A stretch of 49,021 nucleotides of DNA from a virus. Lineage: Duplodnaviria > Caudoviricetes. The first letter of the stretch is position 1, and every line of letters starts with the position of its first letter. A model generated the notes under the pieces. That model made no database searches and had not been told where the DNA came from. It saw nothing but the letters and a program-made list of their open reading frames with translations. This document shows positions 25,863 through 35,371 of the stretch, one piece after another. Where the stretch lies: positions 1 to 49,021 of the IMG/VR virus record IMGVR_UViG_3300032373_000018, one strand, 5' to 3'. The translations under genes and the position numbers were made by a program.

Positions 25863-26138
25863 TTAGTCTGTGTCAGTCGCAGTGATTGCGACACCATCAG
25901 ACAGATCGATCACTTCTGACGTGTCAGAGGTAACCATACAGATCTGAGTTGCGATCGGTGAGGCGTCCGTATCCTGCACAAGAACGATGTCGCCTTGGCG
26001 CATTCCACGAGCATAACCATCCGTGATGTAGCCTGACGCATCAACTGCCGATGAGGCATCCGTTGATTTGTAGATCCACATGCGGAAGTTTTGCAGCCCG
26101 ATCAAAAGCTCAGGAGGGTTTGAAGTTGCATAAGCCAT
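25863..26138 (-). CDS. Putative capsid decoration protein
   Basis: 91 aa immediately after the major capsid gene; strong RBS. Confidence 0.6.
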   Translation of the reverse strand: MAYATSNPPELLIGLQNFRMWIYKSTDASSAVDASGYITDGYARGMRQGDIVLVQDTDASPIATQICMVTSDTSEVIDLSDGVAITATDTD

Positions 26139-26152
26139 TTCTCATAATCTCC

Positions 26153-26983
26153 TTAAGCTGACAGAGCGCTGTCATCAGCGCGCATTTTGATTACACCGGC
26201 ATTCTGGAGAAGCTTCGCACCCATATGCACCGTAGCACGGCACCATGAGTAAGCATCTTCGCCATTATAACCGACCTCAGTATCGATGCCTTCTTTATGC
26301 ATCGCCGAGCCAATTGAGGTTCGGTTGTACATGAAGCAGGTAGCATCAGCAGTGCCGACACCCGTAAGCTCTTCATCGATAATCCAGTTGACGCCGTACC
26401 AGGAGAACGCCTTGTCTTTCGACACGCCTTCAAACTTCTTGTCCTGAATAAAATCAGCAGAAGTGAACTGGTTCAGCCCCATCAGATAACCATGATAAGC
26501 CGGGGTGATAGCCGCGAAGATCTCACCGTCACCAGCGCTGTTATTGCGCAGGATTGTGCGGGCCTTCGTGACCAGGGTTAGGGTTGGCACAGCGGCGCCA
26601 CCCCAAGTGGTTGTGGCTGCAGAGAGTGCAGTGCGGATCAACTCATCGCGCTTGCGATTGATAACCATGCGGGTTGTGTTCTGCATGATGCGGCGTTGAT
26701 CGCCTTGAGAAGACTCAATGTTGAAGTTGGTCTTCTCAACCTTGTCGTGCCATTCTTCCAACACGCAGGTAACCTGCGTGTTGTTGTCGTGACGGGCCGG
26801 GATGCGGCCATTGTTGCCGCGCGTGGTAGCGCTAGCGCCACCGGAGTCAGCAATGAGGAACTCAGCCTCATTACCGCGCACGGTATGTTCCGTAGTCGTT
26901 GACATTGTGAGACAAGAATCAGCTTTCTCGTACCCAGCAATGAACTCCTGACGGAACTGCTTCTGAAAAGCAGTGTCTGCCAT
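26153..26983 (-). CDS. Major capsid protein
   Basis: 276 aa after the scaffold; AFQKQF, INRKRDELI, FTSADF and WYGVNW motifs of podoviral capsid proteins. Confidence 0.88.
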   Translation of the reverse strand: MADTAFQKQFRQEFIAGYEKADSCLTMSTTTEHTVRGNEAEFLIADSGGASATTRGNNGRIPARHDNNTQVTCVLEEWHDKVEKTNFNIESSQGDQRRIMQNTTRMVINRKRDELIRTALSAATTTWGGAAVPTLTLVTKARTILRNNSAGDGEIFAAITPAYHGYLMGLNQFTSADFIQDKKFEGVSKDKAFSWYGVNWIIDEELTGVGTADATCFMYNRTSIGSAMHKEGIDTEVGYNGEDAYSWCRATVHMGAKLLQNAGVIKMRADDSALSA

Positions 26984-27019
26984 AGGATAATTCCTTGAAT
27001 GAATTGGGTTTGATGTTGC

Positions 27020-27096
27020 CGAGACGTCAGAGTTAGCCGATCACATGCGCTTGGGTTAGCCGTTTCCGGGGCCAGCACTCATGCTCTCAGGGTCTT
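27020..27096 (-). promoter_or_regulatory. Structured RNA leader upstream of the capsid gene
   Basis: Nested GACCC...GGCTAAC and GGCCCC-GGAAAC-GGCTAAC motifs. Confidence 0.5.
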
Positions 27097-27168
27097 TGCA
27101 TCGGATTTAGTCAGATGGATTTGCCTCGTTCCCACGAGGAAGGAGATTGGAGCCCGTCAGCCCCAGCC

Positions 27169-28140
27169 TCAATTCTGTTGCGCCTTCAGGCGGTCTTTGG
27201 CGTCGGTCAGTTCGCGCCAGCGCCTCTGCGCCTCTTGGTCTTTATACCATTTGTCCGGCTCTTCACTCATCATCTTGTTGAGTGATGCCAGCTCATCATC
27301 CATCGTCTTGAGTGGATTACCGTCATTGGGAGGAACCACAGTCACCGTTGGATCGGCTTTGCGCATCAGATCAACGATCGAGTTGATGATAGCGGGATTG
27401 TTCGCAAGACCTTTGCCACCAGGTCCGCGCATATTAGAAAACTCTTGCCGAGCATCTTCGGGCAGCCCGGCGACAAATGCTGAAAAAATATTTGTGTTTG
27501 CTTGAAAGTCGCTCTGCCATTCCTCGCGCAAGAGTTTATCGGTGGTTTGCTTGTCCAGCTCATCTTGTGTGTGGCGCTCCGCAGCCTGTTTGGCGCGCGC
27601 TTCGAAGAAGGCCTTAGAGAGCCCGGACATTGCATCATTCGGTAGATTGGCCGCGTGAGCGGCAGGAAGCATCGTATCAATAATCGCCTGATCAGAGTCT
27701 GAGAGCGTGACGCCCTCGCCCAAATCAAGCTCGTAGCCAGTCGCTTCATCCGGAATACCATGAGCCGTGCGATACTCTGCAAGCTGCTCATCCGTGGCAT
27801 TCTCAGGCAGCCCGCTCTGGATCTCGCCCTTGCGGATCTTTCTGTCGGCCTCGTAGGTGGCCTTCAACCAGTCCTGCGGTGTCTTGAAGCGCTCAAGACG
27901 CTTAAGCTCGCGTGTGGCAGCCTCAGGGTCATTGAGGCGCATATTATCGACAGCATCTTGGCGCCAATTCTCAGGAGCCTCGCCGAAGAATGATTTCGGG
28001 GGCTCTACTGGTGGGTCAGCTGGCGGGTCTGCCGGAGGATCGCTCGCGGGCGGATCAGCCGGAGCAGGGTCGTTATTTACAATCGGATCAGCAGCAGGGG
28101 CAGCTACTGGATCGGCGGCTGGTGCGGGATCAAGACTCAT
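27169..28140 (-). CDS. Capsid scaffolding protein
   Basis: Pro/Ala/Asp-rich N-terminus, PENW, P....GY.L and LREEW motifs. Confidence 0.8.
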   Translation of the reverse strand: MSLDPAPAADPVAAPAADPIVNNDPAPADPPASDPPADPPADPPVEPPKSFFGEAPENWRQDAVDNMRLNDPEAATRELKRLERFKTPQDWLKATYEADRKIRKGEIQSGLPENATDEQLAEYRTAHGIPDEATGYELDLGEGVTLSDSDQAIIDTMLPAAHAANLPNDAMSGLSKAFFEARAKQAAERHTQDELDKQTTDKLLREEWQSDFQANTNIFSAFVAGLPEDARQEFSNMRGPGGKGLANNPAIINSIVDLMRKADPTVTVVPPNDGNPLKTMDDELASLNKMMSEEPDKWYKDQEAQRRWRELTDAKDRLKAQQN

Positions 28141-28414
28141 TCTTCACCTCTTCAGAATGCAGCGCATTGACAGGCTGCTTTAAGTGCAAATCAATTCGGT
28201 TGCCGACAAAGCCACGTCCCATCAGAAAGGCTGAGCCATCAGGACTGCCCTCAAGGAACGGGATGTCATACACCCGGCTAAACTTCTTCATGATCAGAGC
28301 GAGCGCCAGTTTCTGCTGAAACGGTGTGGCATCGCCATTTGCTAACGCCTTCAGCGCCAGGGTTTCTTCGATTGTAACAGGCGCCACATGCAGCGCTTGC
28401 GGAATGGTTTTCAT
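28130..28414 (-). CDS. Conserved small head-region protein (Bbp19-like)
   Basis: AFLMGRGFVG motif; between portal and scaffold. Confidence 0.65.
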   Translation of the reverse strand: MKTIPQALHVAPVTIEETLALKALANGDATPFQQKLALALIMKKFSRVYDIPFLEGSPDGSAFLMGRGFVGNRIDLHLKQPVNALHSEEVKNES

Positions 28415-29985
28415 TAGGCCGCTTGCGTGCCCTGCATCTCAAGCTGAGCCTGGGCTTTGACGGCACCAGCCTTCACCTGATCAAGCTGAACAACCTCTTC
28501 CATATCCCGGAGCCATTTGACCGAGCTGCCAGTTGCCTCGACAGCATCACGGAACGCCGTGCGCACATCGTAATCATTGGCAACCATTGGGTCCATCTGG
28601 ACCGCAGTTGCGAGCATATCCGCATTCAACTGGAATTGCTGGACCTTCTTTTCCTCGTCAGCAGATGAGAGCGGTGACTTGAATTTCCACTCAATATCGC
28701 GCTCTCGCAAAGAGTTTGGTACATCATGGGGGCTGCCCAGCAGGTTCATATTGAATGCCAGGCCAAACGCTGCCTCACAGAGCTGACCGTTATAGTCCTT
28801 CTCGATCGGCGCAAACAGAGGAAGATTCTCGCGGCGATACTGCTTCATACGCTCCGACACCTCGAAGGCCGTCATCTCATGTGTAGTTTCAGGCAGTGAT
28901 AGGCGGTTCAGGTAGAAACAAGACGACAGTACGTCGACCACTTTCTCGCGGAAATCCATGCCGATCGGGTATCCGCCGCGATCCTGAAGCAATGGCTCCA
29001 GGGCGCGACCTGTTTTCTGGTCATAATCCTTATCAATCCAGGTGATCCCATCAGGGCCAAGATCAATATCTGAGCGAACAACCTGGGCTGTTGCGGTCAA
29101 TGGTGGGCGAGCATAGCGCTCAGCGGCCTCCATCAGCGTGAATGTCATGGCCTGTAGGGCGCGTGCGTTCGGTAGCGCAGCAACTGTGGCCGGAGAATAC
29201 GCATATGGCGCGCCCGCAATCGTCTGGAAGCGAGGGACAATGTAATACTTATAGTTGATCCCGCGCTCTTGAATGATGTGCTCGCGCTCCATGTCGACAA
29301 ACAGTGACACCCATCCAAATTGCTCGAACTGGCCTTTGCCATACATCTCAGAGGGCATGACGATGTGCCGGATCTTGGCAGTGGACATAGGCTCAGTGCG
29401 ACACTTATCGACTTGAGACTGATGCAGTGCGTGCTCACCGAACGTGCGCTTCAACTCATACAGACTTGGCGCCCATTTGCGGTGAACTGGGCCAACCTGG
29501 CCTGTCTCATCGTCTTCCCACGCACAGTCGCGCAAATGCCAGTTGCGAACGAGAATACCATTATGGTTCCGGTTCGGCTCAACAGACAGAACTGCCTGCC
29601 CGAACGTCACGTAATCGTGGTCACCCTGCTTAGTGGCACGGGTGAAGCCGCTGGAGACATGGCCAAACATGCGCTGCAATGCCTTCGACCTGGACTGAAG
29701 CCATTCCTTGCCAGCATAATCAGGGTCATCACCAGCAACATCGATCTCAAACCATTCTGGCCCATCACGAAGCATAGAGCTGATCCCGTTGCCCAGGTCG
29801 CGCCGGGACAGGATCGGGTATGAATCCAACAGGCCATCAGCCAGCTCATTCCCGATATTGCGTGTGATCGTGAAATCAGCACGCTCCGGGTAGAAGTGCT
29901 CAGCAAGCGTCTGGCACAACGTTTTGAACGAGGATTGGCGAGAGAACATCTTGTTCGATGTCGCCAACAGGTCATCGAGGCGCAT
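28414..29985 (-). CDS. Portal (head-tail connector) protein
   Basis: 523 aa; PRF.....Y..SP, PP and MTAFEV.ER motifs. Confidence 0.92.
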   Translation of the reverse strand: MRLDDLLATSNKMFSRQSSFKTLCQTLAEHFYPERADFTITRNIGNELADGLLDSYPILSRRDLGNGISSMLRDGPEWFEIDVAGDDPDYAGKEWLQSRSKALQRMFGHVSSGFTRATKQGDHDYVTFGQAVLSVEPNRNHNGILVRNWHLRDCAWEDDETGQVGPVHRKWAPSLYELKRTFGEHALHQSQVDKCRTEPMSTAKIRHIVMPSEMYGKGQFEQFGWVSLFVDMEREHIIQERGINYKYYIVPRFQTIAGAPYAYSPATVAALPNARALQAMTFTLMEAAERYARPPLTATAQVVRSDIDLGPDGITWIDKDYDQKTGRALEPLLQDRGGYPIGMDFREKVVDVLSSCFYLNRLSLPETTHEMTAFEVSERMKQYRRENLPLFAPIEKDYNGQLCEAAFGLAFNMNLLGSPHDVPNSLRERDIEWKFKSPLSSADEEKKVQQFQLNADMLATAVQMDPMVANDYDVRTAFRDAVEATGSSVKWLRDMEEVVQLDQVKAGAVKAQAQLEMQGTQAA

Positions 29986-30275
29986 CAGGCTACTGAAACC
30001 CCGTGATCCGTAAACCCAACGACACCCCGCCACCCATCAGTGTATTCTGCCGTTACGACAAACGTCTTCTCCCACCCAATTCGATCATCCGGGCGATCAC
30101 TATATAGACCAACCTCAACGGTTTTATGGTGGATATTCGGTTCTGTAGATCGCAAATGCGAGACGAGCGCAGCAATTGTGTTATCTAGCTCCGCGATACC
30201 CTCCATTGCGCTCTCCAGACTGCCCCGATGCGGCCGGTAAAGCATGGTCTCCTCCATAGTCCTTTCTTCACTCAT
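29985..30275 (-). CDS. Hypothetical protein
   Basis: 96 aa; YRPHRGSL.SAM and D.RIGW motifs; coupled to both neighbours. Confidence 0.75.
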   Translation of the reverse strand: MSEERTMEETMLYRPHRGSLESAMEGIAELDNTIAALVSHLRSTEPNIHHKTVEVGLYSDRPDDRIGWEKTFVVTAEYTDGWRGVVGFTDHGVSVA

Positions 30276-30538
30276 CCCAGCTTATCCTTATTGAACAGAC
30301 TCGATACACGGCCTTGGTTCTCATACCGGCGAGCTAGATCGCGCTCAGTGTCGAGCTTTCTTTTCTTGCTATCAGGGTCAGGGTTGGACAGCATCTTGGG
30401 CTTGTCGGGCTTGTTGAGTAAGGCCGTAGCGCCACCAGCGGCAGCCGCGCCAGCAGCGGTGGCGGTCGCTGTATTGATGGCAGTGGCGTTCGTTGCAAGA
30501 AAGCTCGCCAGCACCGAGGACGTAATTGGTTCAGCCAT
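30272..30538 (-). CDS. Small virion assembly protein (pre-portal)
   Basis: Ala-rich N-terminus, K..P..P and GR.SS...LG pattern. Confidence 0.7.
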   Translation of the reverse strand: MAEPITSSVLASFLATNATAINTATATAAGAAAAGGATALLNKPDKPKMLSNPDPDSKKRKLDTERDLARRYENQGRVSSLFNKDKLG

Positions 30539-30850
30539 TCAGCACCCCTTTGCGTGGTACGTGTTCAAAATATCTTTGCGCCGGTTTCGCAAACCTTCGT
30601 TCGCGTCATCAAGCGCCATTGCGTTTCGGATACCAAAGTCCAGCAGGACGCCGGTAAGCGTATCAATATCAGGATTGGATTCTGACGTGATCTGGCGCTG
30701 ATATTCGCCCAGGCCGCGCAACTCTTCTGCGAGATCAGCACAAGTCATGTTCTGCTTCTCGTATTCGCTGAGCATTGGGATAGTCGGGTACGATTTGGTC
30801 GCACAGCCAGCCAATACCAACACGCCCGCACCCATAATTGCTAATCTCAT
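30539..30850 (-). CDS. Lipoprotein
   Basis: Signal peptide with LAGC lipobox; TC..L..E and C-terminal KGC. Confidence 0.8.
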   Translation of the reverse strand: MRLAIMGAGVLVLAGCATKSYPTIPMLSEYEKQNMTCADLAEELRGLGEYQRQITSESNPDIDTLTGVLLDFGIRNAMALDDANEGLRNRRKDILNTYHAKGC

Positions 30851-32229
30851 CAGAAGCTCCTCGCCTTATCGCCGGCCAGTCTACCAGCAGAGCGAGGCCT
30901 ACTAATCGTGTTGGGCGGTGTCCAGTTCCGCTTTTGCTCGGTCTCGGTCATTGCCGGGAACAGCTCAGTTAGCGCCCACACTGCAGCATCAGCGCGATCA
31001 GGAGACTTACTGCCCTGGTATCCGCTCACTGAGAATGCACACATTTGCTCCTCAAGATCCGGATAAAACCCCGCATGATAGACCTTTTGCTTCTCATACA
31101 GATTGCTAATCGGTTCGGCCCGGACAGCCTTGCCCACACTAGCGGTCACCAGTTTAACGTGAACATTCTCGGCTTCGGCCTGAATAACCGCCTCAACCAT
31201 GGCTCCGCCATAATTCTTTTCCGCGACAATCGCTGCACAGGCATAGCGTTGATACGCGCTAACCGCGATTTGCGCCCACTCCTTAGGACCATATCGACCA
31301 GACAAATCGTCCAGAATATAGCCTTTTCCGTCAACAGATACGCCGGCGACAATAATCCCAACCTCATCTGAGCGAGTATCTTCCTCACCAGAACAACCCG
31401 AAGGATCGACCGCGACGACCGTTCGAACCATTGTGGGCATCTCGCCGTGGTGTCTGTTCTGATCCAGAAGCTCCATTGTCCATAGGGCACCGTCAACCGC
31501 GTCGGCAAAGACACCCTCAAGAAAGCGCAATCGATCGCGGAGCGGCATATTCTCCAGCTGCGCAATGTATCCCGCGGCAATGTTCGCCTGGTTGTCCTTC
31601 GGGTTGAGCCGATGCCAGGCATAGTCTGCCTCATTGACTGGCTCGCGATTGTCAGGGCTCAGACCCTGAATGAATAGTTTGTACGACCAATGCGCCTTAC
31701 TCGGCGGGTTGAAATCATAATAGGCTCGCAGTGGCATCTCTTTCTGCAGCTCATCATCGAAACACTGCATCGCCAAACGCGTGAGAGCCAGTTTGACCGA
31801 GCCCCAGGGAACCTGTGAACACTCGTTGAAGTAGATGGTGACGAACTCCATACCGAGGATCTTCTCGGTGCGTTCTTTGTCATCCAAACCGCCATACCAG
31901 ATCTCAGATCCATTCGGCAGCGTTAGAACCAGGTCCGTCTTGTTTAACATCGAGTCATGCGACGGCAGATCTGGGAAACAGAGTTTCAGAACCTTTGGCA
32001 TCGTGTCCGCGACGATCGACGCCTTCAACGCATTCAGACGAAACCGGAATATAACGTGACGTGAGCCCTTAGCCTTCAGCGCACGAACCAGAACTGCGAA
32101 GCAGAGTAGGAAGGTCTTGCCCGATCGCGAGCCACCCAATAACGCGACATGAGACGCACCGCATCGCAGCTTGTCCATCGCCATGTTCTGTGCAGGGGTC
32201 CATTCGACCTGCGGGTCAGCCAGGCTCAA
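30850..32229 (-). CDS. terL: Terminase large subunit
   Basis: Walker A GGSRSGKT, Walker B IYFNE, nuclease VAVDP, AEKN.GG and SPDRADA. Confidence 0.95.
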   Translation of the reverse strand: MSLADPQVEWTPAQNMAMDKLRCGASHVALLGGSRSGKTFLLCFAVLVRALKAKGSRHVIFRFRLNALKASIVADTMPKVLKLCFPDLPSHDSMLNKTDLVLTLPNGSEIWYGGLDDKERTEKILGMEFVTIYFNECSQVPWGSVKLALTRLAMQCFDDELQKEMPLRAYYDFNPPSKAHWSYKLFIQGLSPDNREPVNEADYAWHRLNPKDNQANIAAGYIAQLENMPLRDRLRFLEGVFADAVDGALWTMELLDQNRHHGEMPTMVRTVVAVDPSGCSGEEDTRSDEVGIIVAGVSVDGKGYILDDLSGRYGPKEWAQIAVSAYQRYACAAIVAEKNYGGAMVEAVIQAEAENVHVKLVTASVGKAVRAEPISNLYEKQKVYHAGFYPDLEEQMCAFSVSGYQGSKSPDRADAAVWALTELFPAMTETEQKRNWTPPNTISRPRSAGRLAGDKARSF

Positions 32230-32762
32230 AAGTCTTTCGCCTTGTCATGCATGTGGATGTGGATGTCCGGTGTGGCGGCGTCTGGGAGGAAAATGCCAAA
32301 ATGCTTGCCCAATTTCTCTAGAGCGCTGTTCTTGTCCCACGTCTTGATCTTGTGAACGTGCTCTACGGTTCTGTTTCCGTCTTCATCAACCGCACCAGGC
32401 TTACTTACAACCTCTAGCGAGCCAATAGCCGCAGCCGTATCATCATCCCAATCATTCGGGTTTTTAAGTTGACCGTCATCAGTCAGGCAATTGCGCAAGT
32501 CGGAAAAGGCAAGCCTTCCCAGTTCCTTCACAATGCGATCGACCGTGATCTCATGCCGCTCAACATGCTGTTCCTGTAGCTCCATCACCCTTAGCGAGAC
32601 CTTAGCGCCTGAAAGAACCTTGCTTGCGTTCACCCAAACCGCCTCCGGCTTGCTGTTCTCAGCATCATACGCATGGCGATACGCTTCACTGGCATTGCCG
32701 CACTCAACATACTTCAGTGCGAACGCTTCTTGTTTTGGTGTGAGCTTAGAGGCCTTGGCCAA
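32226..32762 (-). CDS. terS: Terminase small subunit
   Basis: LTPKQEAF..Y...GNASEAY; DK.SALEKLGKH.G. Confidence 0.93.
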   Translation of the reverse strand: MAKASKLTPKQEAFALKYVECGNASEAYRHAYDAENSKPEAVWVNASKVLSGAKVSLRVMELQEQHVERHEITVDRIVKELGRLAFSDLRNCLTDDGQLKNPNDWDDDTAAAIGSLEVVSKPGAVDEDGNRTVEHVHKIKTWDKNSALEKLGKHFGIFLPDAATPDIHIHMHDKAKDF

Positions 32763-32764
32763 AT

Positions 32765-33040
32765 CTAAACCTTTCCATCACTGTTGATGTTCTGATCGAT
32801 CGTGCCGCTACCGGAAGTAAGTTCCCATCGGTATTTTGCGTCAGTGTTTATCTTACCCATTACGAGAGTGACTGATGATGTGACCTGAATTGCATTACCG
32901 CTGCTATCGAGTAGGTTTTCCCAGCCGATACCGAGATCCACTTGCAGTGTGAACGTGGGTGTGCCTGAGATAAACTTACCAACGTATGAGCCACCGGCAC
33001 GGGCGCCGACAAGATCAGATGTTGCTGTGATTTGCGTCAT
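32765..33040 (-). CDS. Small beta-rich putative virion protein
   Basis: 91 aa; G.F..T..LQ....W and YR..L.SG pattern. Confidence 0.65.
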   Translation of the reverse strand: MTQITATSDLVGARAGGSYVGKFISGTPTFTLQVDLGIGWENLLDSSGNAIQVTSSVTLVMGKINTDAKYRWELTSGSGTIDQNINSDGKV

Positions 33041-33144
33041 TAGCCGCCTCCAAATCCATATTTAATAATACAACCAAAAGCCCAGAGCGTCAGGAATACG
33101 CCGACGCCGTAGAGGGCTATCTCAGTCTTTCTGTCTTCGCTCAT
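33040..33144 (-). CDS. Small TM peptide (34 aa)
   Basis: MSEDRKTEIALYGVGVFLTLWAFGCIIKYGFGGG; stop overlaps the next start. Confidence 0.5.
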   Translation of the reverse strand: MSEDRKTEIALYGVGVFLTLWAFGCIIKYGFGGG

Positions 33145-33183
33145 CGCCCTATCCTGCCCGGTACTCATCTCGTAGGGTTTCCA

Positions 33184-33900
33184 TTAGGCCTCAAGCGCGG
33201 CAATCATGCTGGTGAGGGTCGTGTTAATATCATCCAGATTGTCTGACGCATCAGACGGTGAAACCGCGAGCAAGGTTGCTACCCGCCCCTCCATCCAAAG
33301 ATTGTCTGCGTTCAGCCTGAGCTTTGACCATGTAGAGAGATCGAGATTCGCGATCCTCACTCGGTGATAAGCCGCATCGTTCAAGGCATTGTAAAAAGCT
33401 TGCTGATTAGCGACTGTTGAATCGTCCACATAAACCGTTGGGGTGCCTGCGTTTGATCCGATAGCGCTGGTGGCGCCAGAGTTCCAGCGGATGTGTCTAG
33501 ATCCGCCGTCATCGTTCAAAAGATCAACAGCCGCGACTCCGCCCGCAAGCTTCTGAATAATCATGAAAACATCGACAAGCGTTGTGGTCGGCAATGCGCG
33601 CTCGATGGTGTGGTCTGCCGTACCGTCGAAGTAAGCAGCGTATGCCGCTCCCTGTGTGACCTGATTTGGCCCTGTCTGAGGGTCTGCACCAGCCCAGGGA
33701 GCCCATGAGCCGCCGTCTGAGCCACCATCTGTGACTGACGTGATCGGTGAACCCGTAACAGTCGAATTGTCATACGGGTTGAACCAGACAATTGCGACAT
33801 CCGCCAGAGAGAAGCCCCCACCACCCGTACCCGCCTCGCCCGTCAATGGGCTGGTCAGGCTGGAAGTTAGGGAGCTGGTGAGAGGGCCAGTGAGTGACAC
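33184..33900 (-). CDS. Putative lectin-like (LamG-type) virion protein
   Basis: 238 aa; LTxx N-terminal repeat, WFNP.D.ST, YFDGT and YVD motifs. Confidence 0.6.
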   Translation of the reverse strand: MSLTGPLTSSLTSSLTSPLTGEAGTGGGGFSLADVAIVWFNPYDNSTVTGSPITSVTDGGSDGGSWAPWAGADPQTGPNQVTQGAAYAAYFDGTADHTIERALPTTTLVDVFMIIQKLAGGVAAVDLLNDDGGSRHIRWNSGATSAIGSNAGTPTVYVDDSTVANQQAFYNALNDAAYHRVRIANLDLSTWSKLRLNADNLWMEGRVATLLAVSPSDASDNLDDINTTLTSMIAALEA

Positions 33901-33903
33901 GGG

Positions 33904-34128
33904 TTACTTGATCAGCTTGTTGTTGGCGTAAGCGACAATGCCGACAGCAGCCGCGCCCAAAATGATGATCAGGTTTGCCAGAGGCATCAACCAAGCAATA
34001 TAGCCGGGCGTTTCATCGATCAGGAATCGATTTGCCAAAGTGATCATCACACAAACCGACAGGACATAACCCGCCGCGTTGATCAAGCCGCCAAAGCTCT
34101 GTTTCTGCTCGTTCGTAAGAAAGGCCAT
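33904..34128 (-). CDS. Two-TM membrane protein (holin-like size and topology)
   Basis: Two hydrophobic helices, basic C-terminus, AGGAG RBS. Confidence 0.65.
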   Translation of the reverse strand: MAFLTNEQKQSFGGLINAAGYVLSVCVMITLANRFLIDETPGYIAWLMPLANLIIILGAAAVGIVAYANNKLIK

Positions 34129-34244
34129 TGGCACTACTCCTAGTTTTTGAAATAAGGGCCCGGCAGGGCCGTAACAGGCGGGATTTCAAATCACCTGCTG
34201 GAGGCATGATGGGGAGTGGCCCTGCCGGAAGGGGTTAGTCTGTT

Positions 34245-34568
34245 TTAGTAGCCAGAGAATCCATCAAGGCCGACAGCCGCCGTGCCGAGGATCGTCTTCG
34301 AATTTGCTTGTGGGTCAGCAGCTTGGTCCTTAGCGCTTTGCTCTTGGTCCGCTGTGATCGCTTCGGTTTTCGTCTGGGCATAGTCTTCCCCTGTCGGCAT
34401 ACTTGCAGGAGTGCCTTCGATGTCGGGAAGGTTGCGAGAACACTCGACGCCATAAATGAACGCTGCTGCCTCATCCTTTGAATCGAACGTGTGCGCAGTT
34501 CCGCGATAATCGACCACGAACTTTTCTTCATGGTAAATTTGCAAGTCTGAGACTTCAACGTCACTCAT
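34245..34568 (-). CDS. Hypothetical acidic protein
   Basis: MSDVEVSDL...; AAGGAG RBS; first gene after the late promoter. Confidence 0.7.
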   Translation of the reverse strand: MSDVEVSDLQIYHEEKFVVDYRGTAHTFDSKDEAAAFIYGVECSRNLPDIEGTPASMPTGEDYAQTKTEAITADQEQSAKDQAADPQANSKTILGTAAVGLDGFSGY

Positions 34569-34732
34569 CCCGCATTCTCCTTGCTGGGTGTTTGTAAAAA
34601 GCCGACAGACAGAGTTTATCTTTGTGTAAGCAATGATTGAACAAGGATTGCCTGCCGGGAAATGAAATTCTAATTTTGGGAAGTGCCCCGGATCGGGCTC
34701 GACTGCGCTGACGCAGGAACTCGATTGTGGCG

Positions 34733-34760
34733 AATCTACCAGCATTCGCGTTCCCGTCAA
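34733..34760 (-). promoter_or_regulatory. Putative late promoter (pR'-like)
   Basis: TTGACG, 16-bp spacer, (TG-G)TAGATT overlapping the stop of the late regulator; followed by GCCC/GGGC hairpin. Confidence 0.6.
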
Positions 34761-35371
34761 GTGATCCTGCCAAAGAATGGCTCTGCGGCTTCCAAATAAT
34801 TGCGCAAAACCCCGCGCAGCCTGCTCTCTATGTCCTTCGTGCGTCCTCGGAGCTGACCTGATGCCTGCCTCATGCTGACATGGCCACACACAAGCCCCGT
34901 GACAGGCTTTACGAACTCAACCCCCGGCAATGTCCGCTCAGCCGCCTCAAGCGCTCTCTCGGCCTGCTGTAGGGCGTGTATCTTGGTTTCCATGCCAGAT
35001 GCTTGCCCGCCTTGAACGAATACCAGATTACCGCTCGCAGCTAAATGCACCTCACGAGCCACCATGTAATCACGCAGGCAAAGTGCTGTGCGTCCGTGGC
35101 GCTCTTCCAACTGGCGAGCCTTCAACATGTTTCCGATAGCGTCGCGGCTCCCTAACTCTCGGATAACACCGAAGGCGATTGGCTTGACCTCAGAGCGGCG
35201 CTGCTTCTTCTTCAGATCCATAGCCGCATCGCGTCTGCGCTTGGCTTCATCAGCATCGCCATCAATCAGAGCAAGGCGTTCGGCTTCTTCCTGGACCCAA
35301 AGAGAATTGTCAGCATCGTTGCGACGGGTGACATAGGCTCTTTGTGGATTGAGCACGGTTTGGTGTTTCAT
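34757..35371 (-). CDS. Putative late-gene regulator (Q-like position)
   Basis: 204 aa with C-terminal HTH-like segment; last early gene before the late promoter. Confidence 0.55.
   Translation of the reverse strand: MKHQTVLNPQRAYVTRRNDADNSLWVQEEAERLALIDGDADEAKRRRDAAMDLKKKQRRSEVKPIAFGVIRELGSRDAIGNMLKARQLEERHGRTALCLRDYMVAREVHLAASGNLVFVQGGQASGMETKIHALQQAERALEAAERTLPGVEFVKPVTGLVCGHVSMRQASGQLRGRTKDIESRLRGVLRNYLEAAEPFFGRIT

Noticed and set aside
27990-28135. Tandem DNA repeat in the scaffold gene
   Set aside because: Degenerate codons for a low-complexity ADPP linker, typical of scaffold proteins
34569-34889. N-terminal extension of the 214-aa ORF
   Set aside because: It spans the late promoter and regulator gene; the RBS supports a start at 34568
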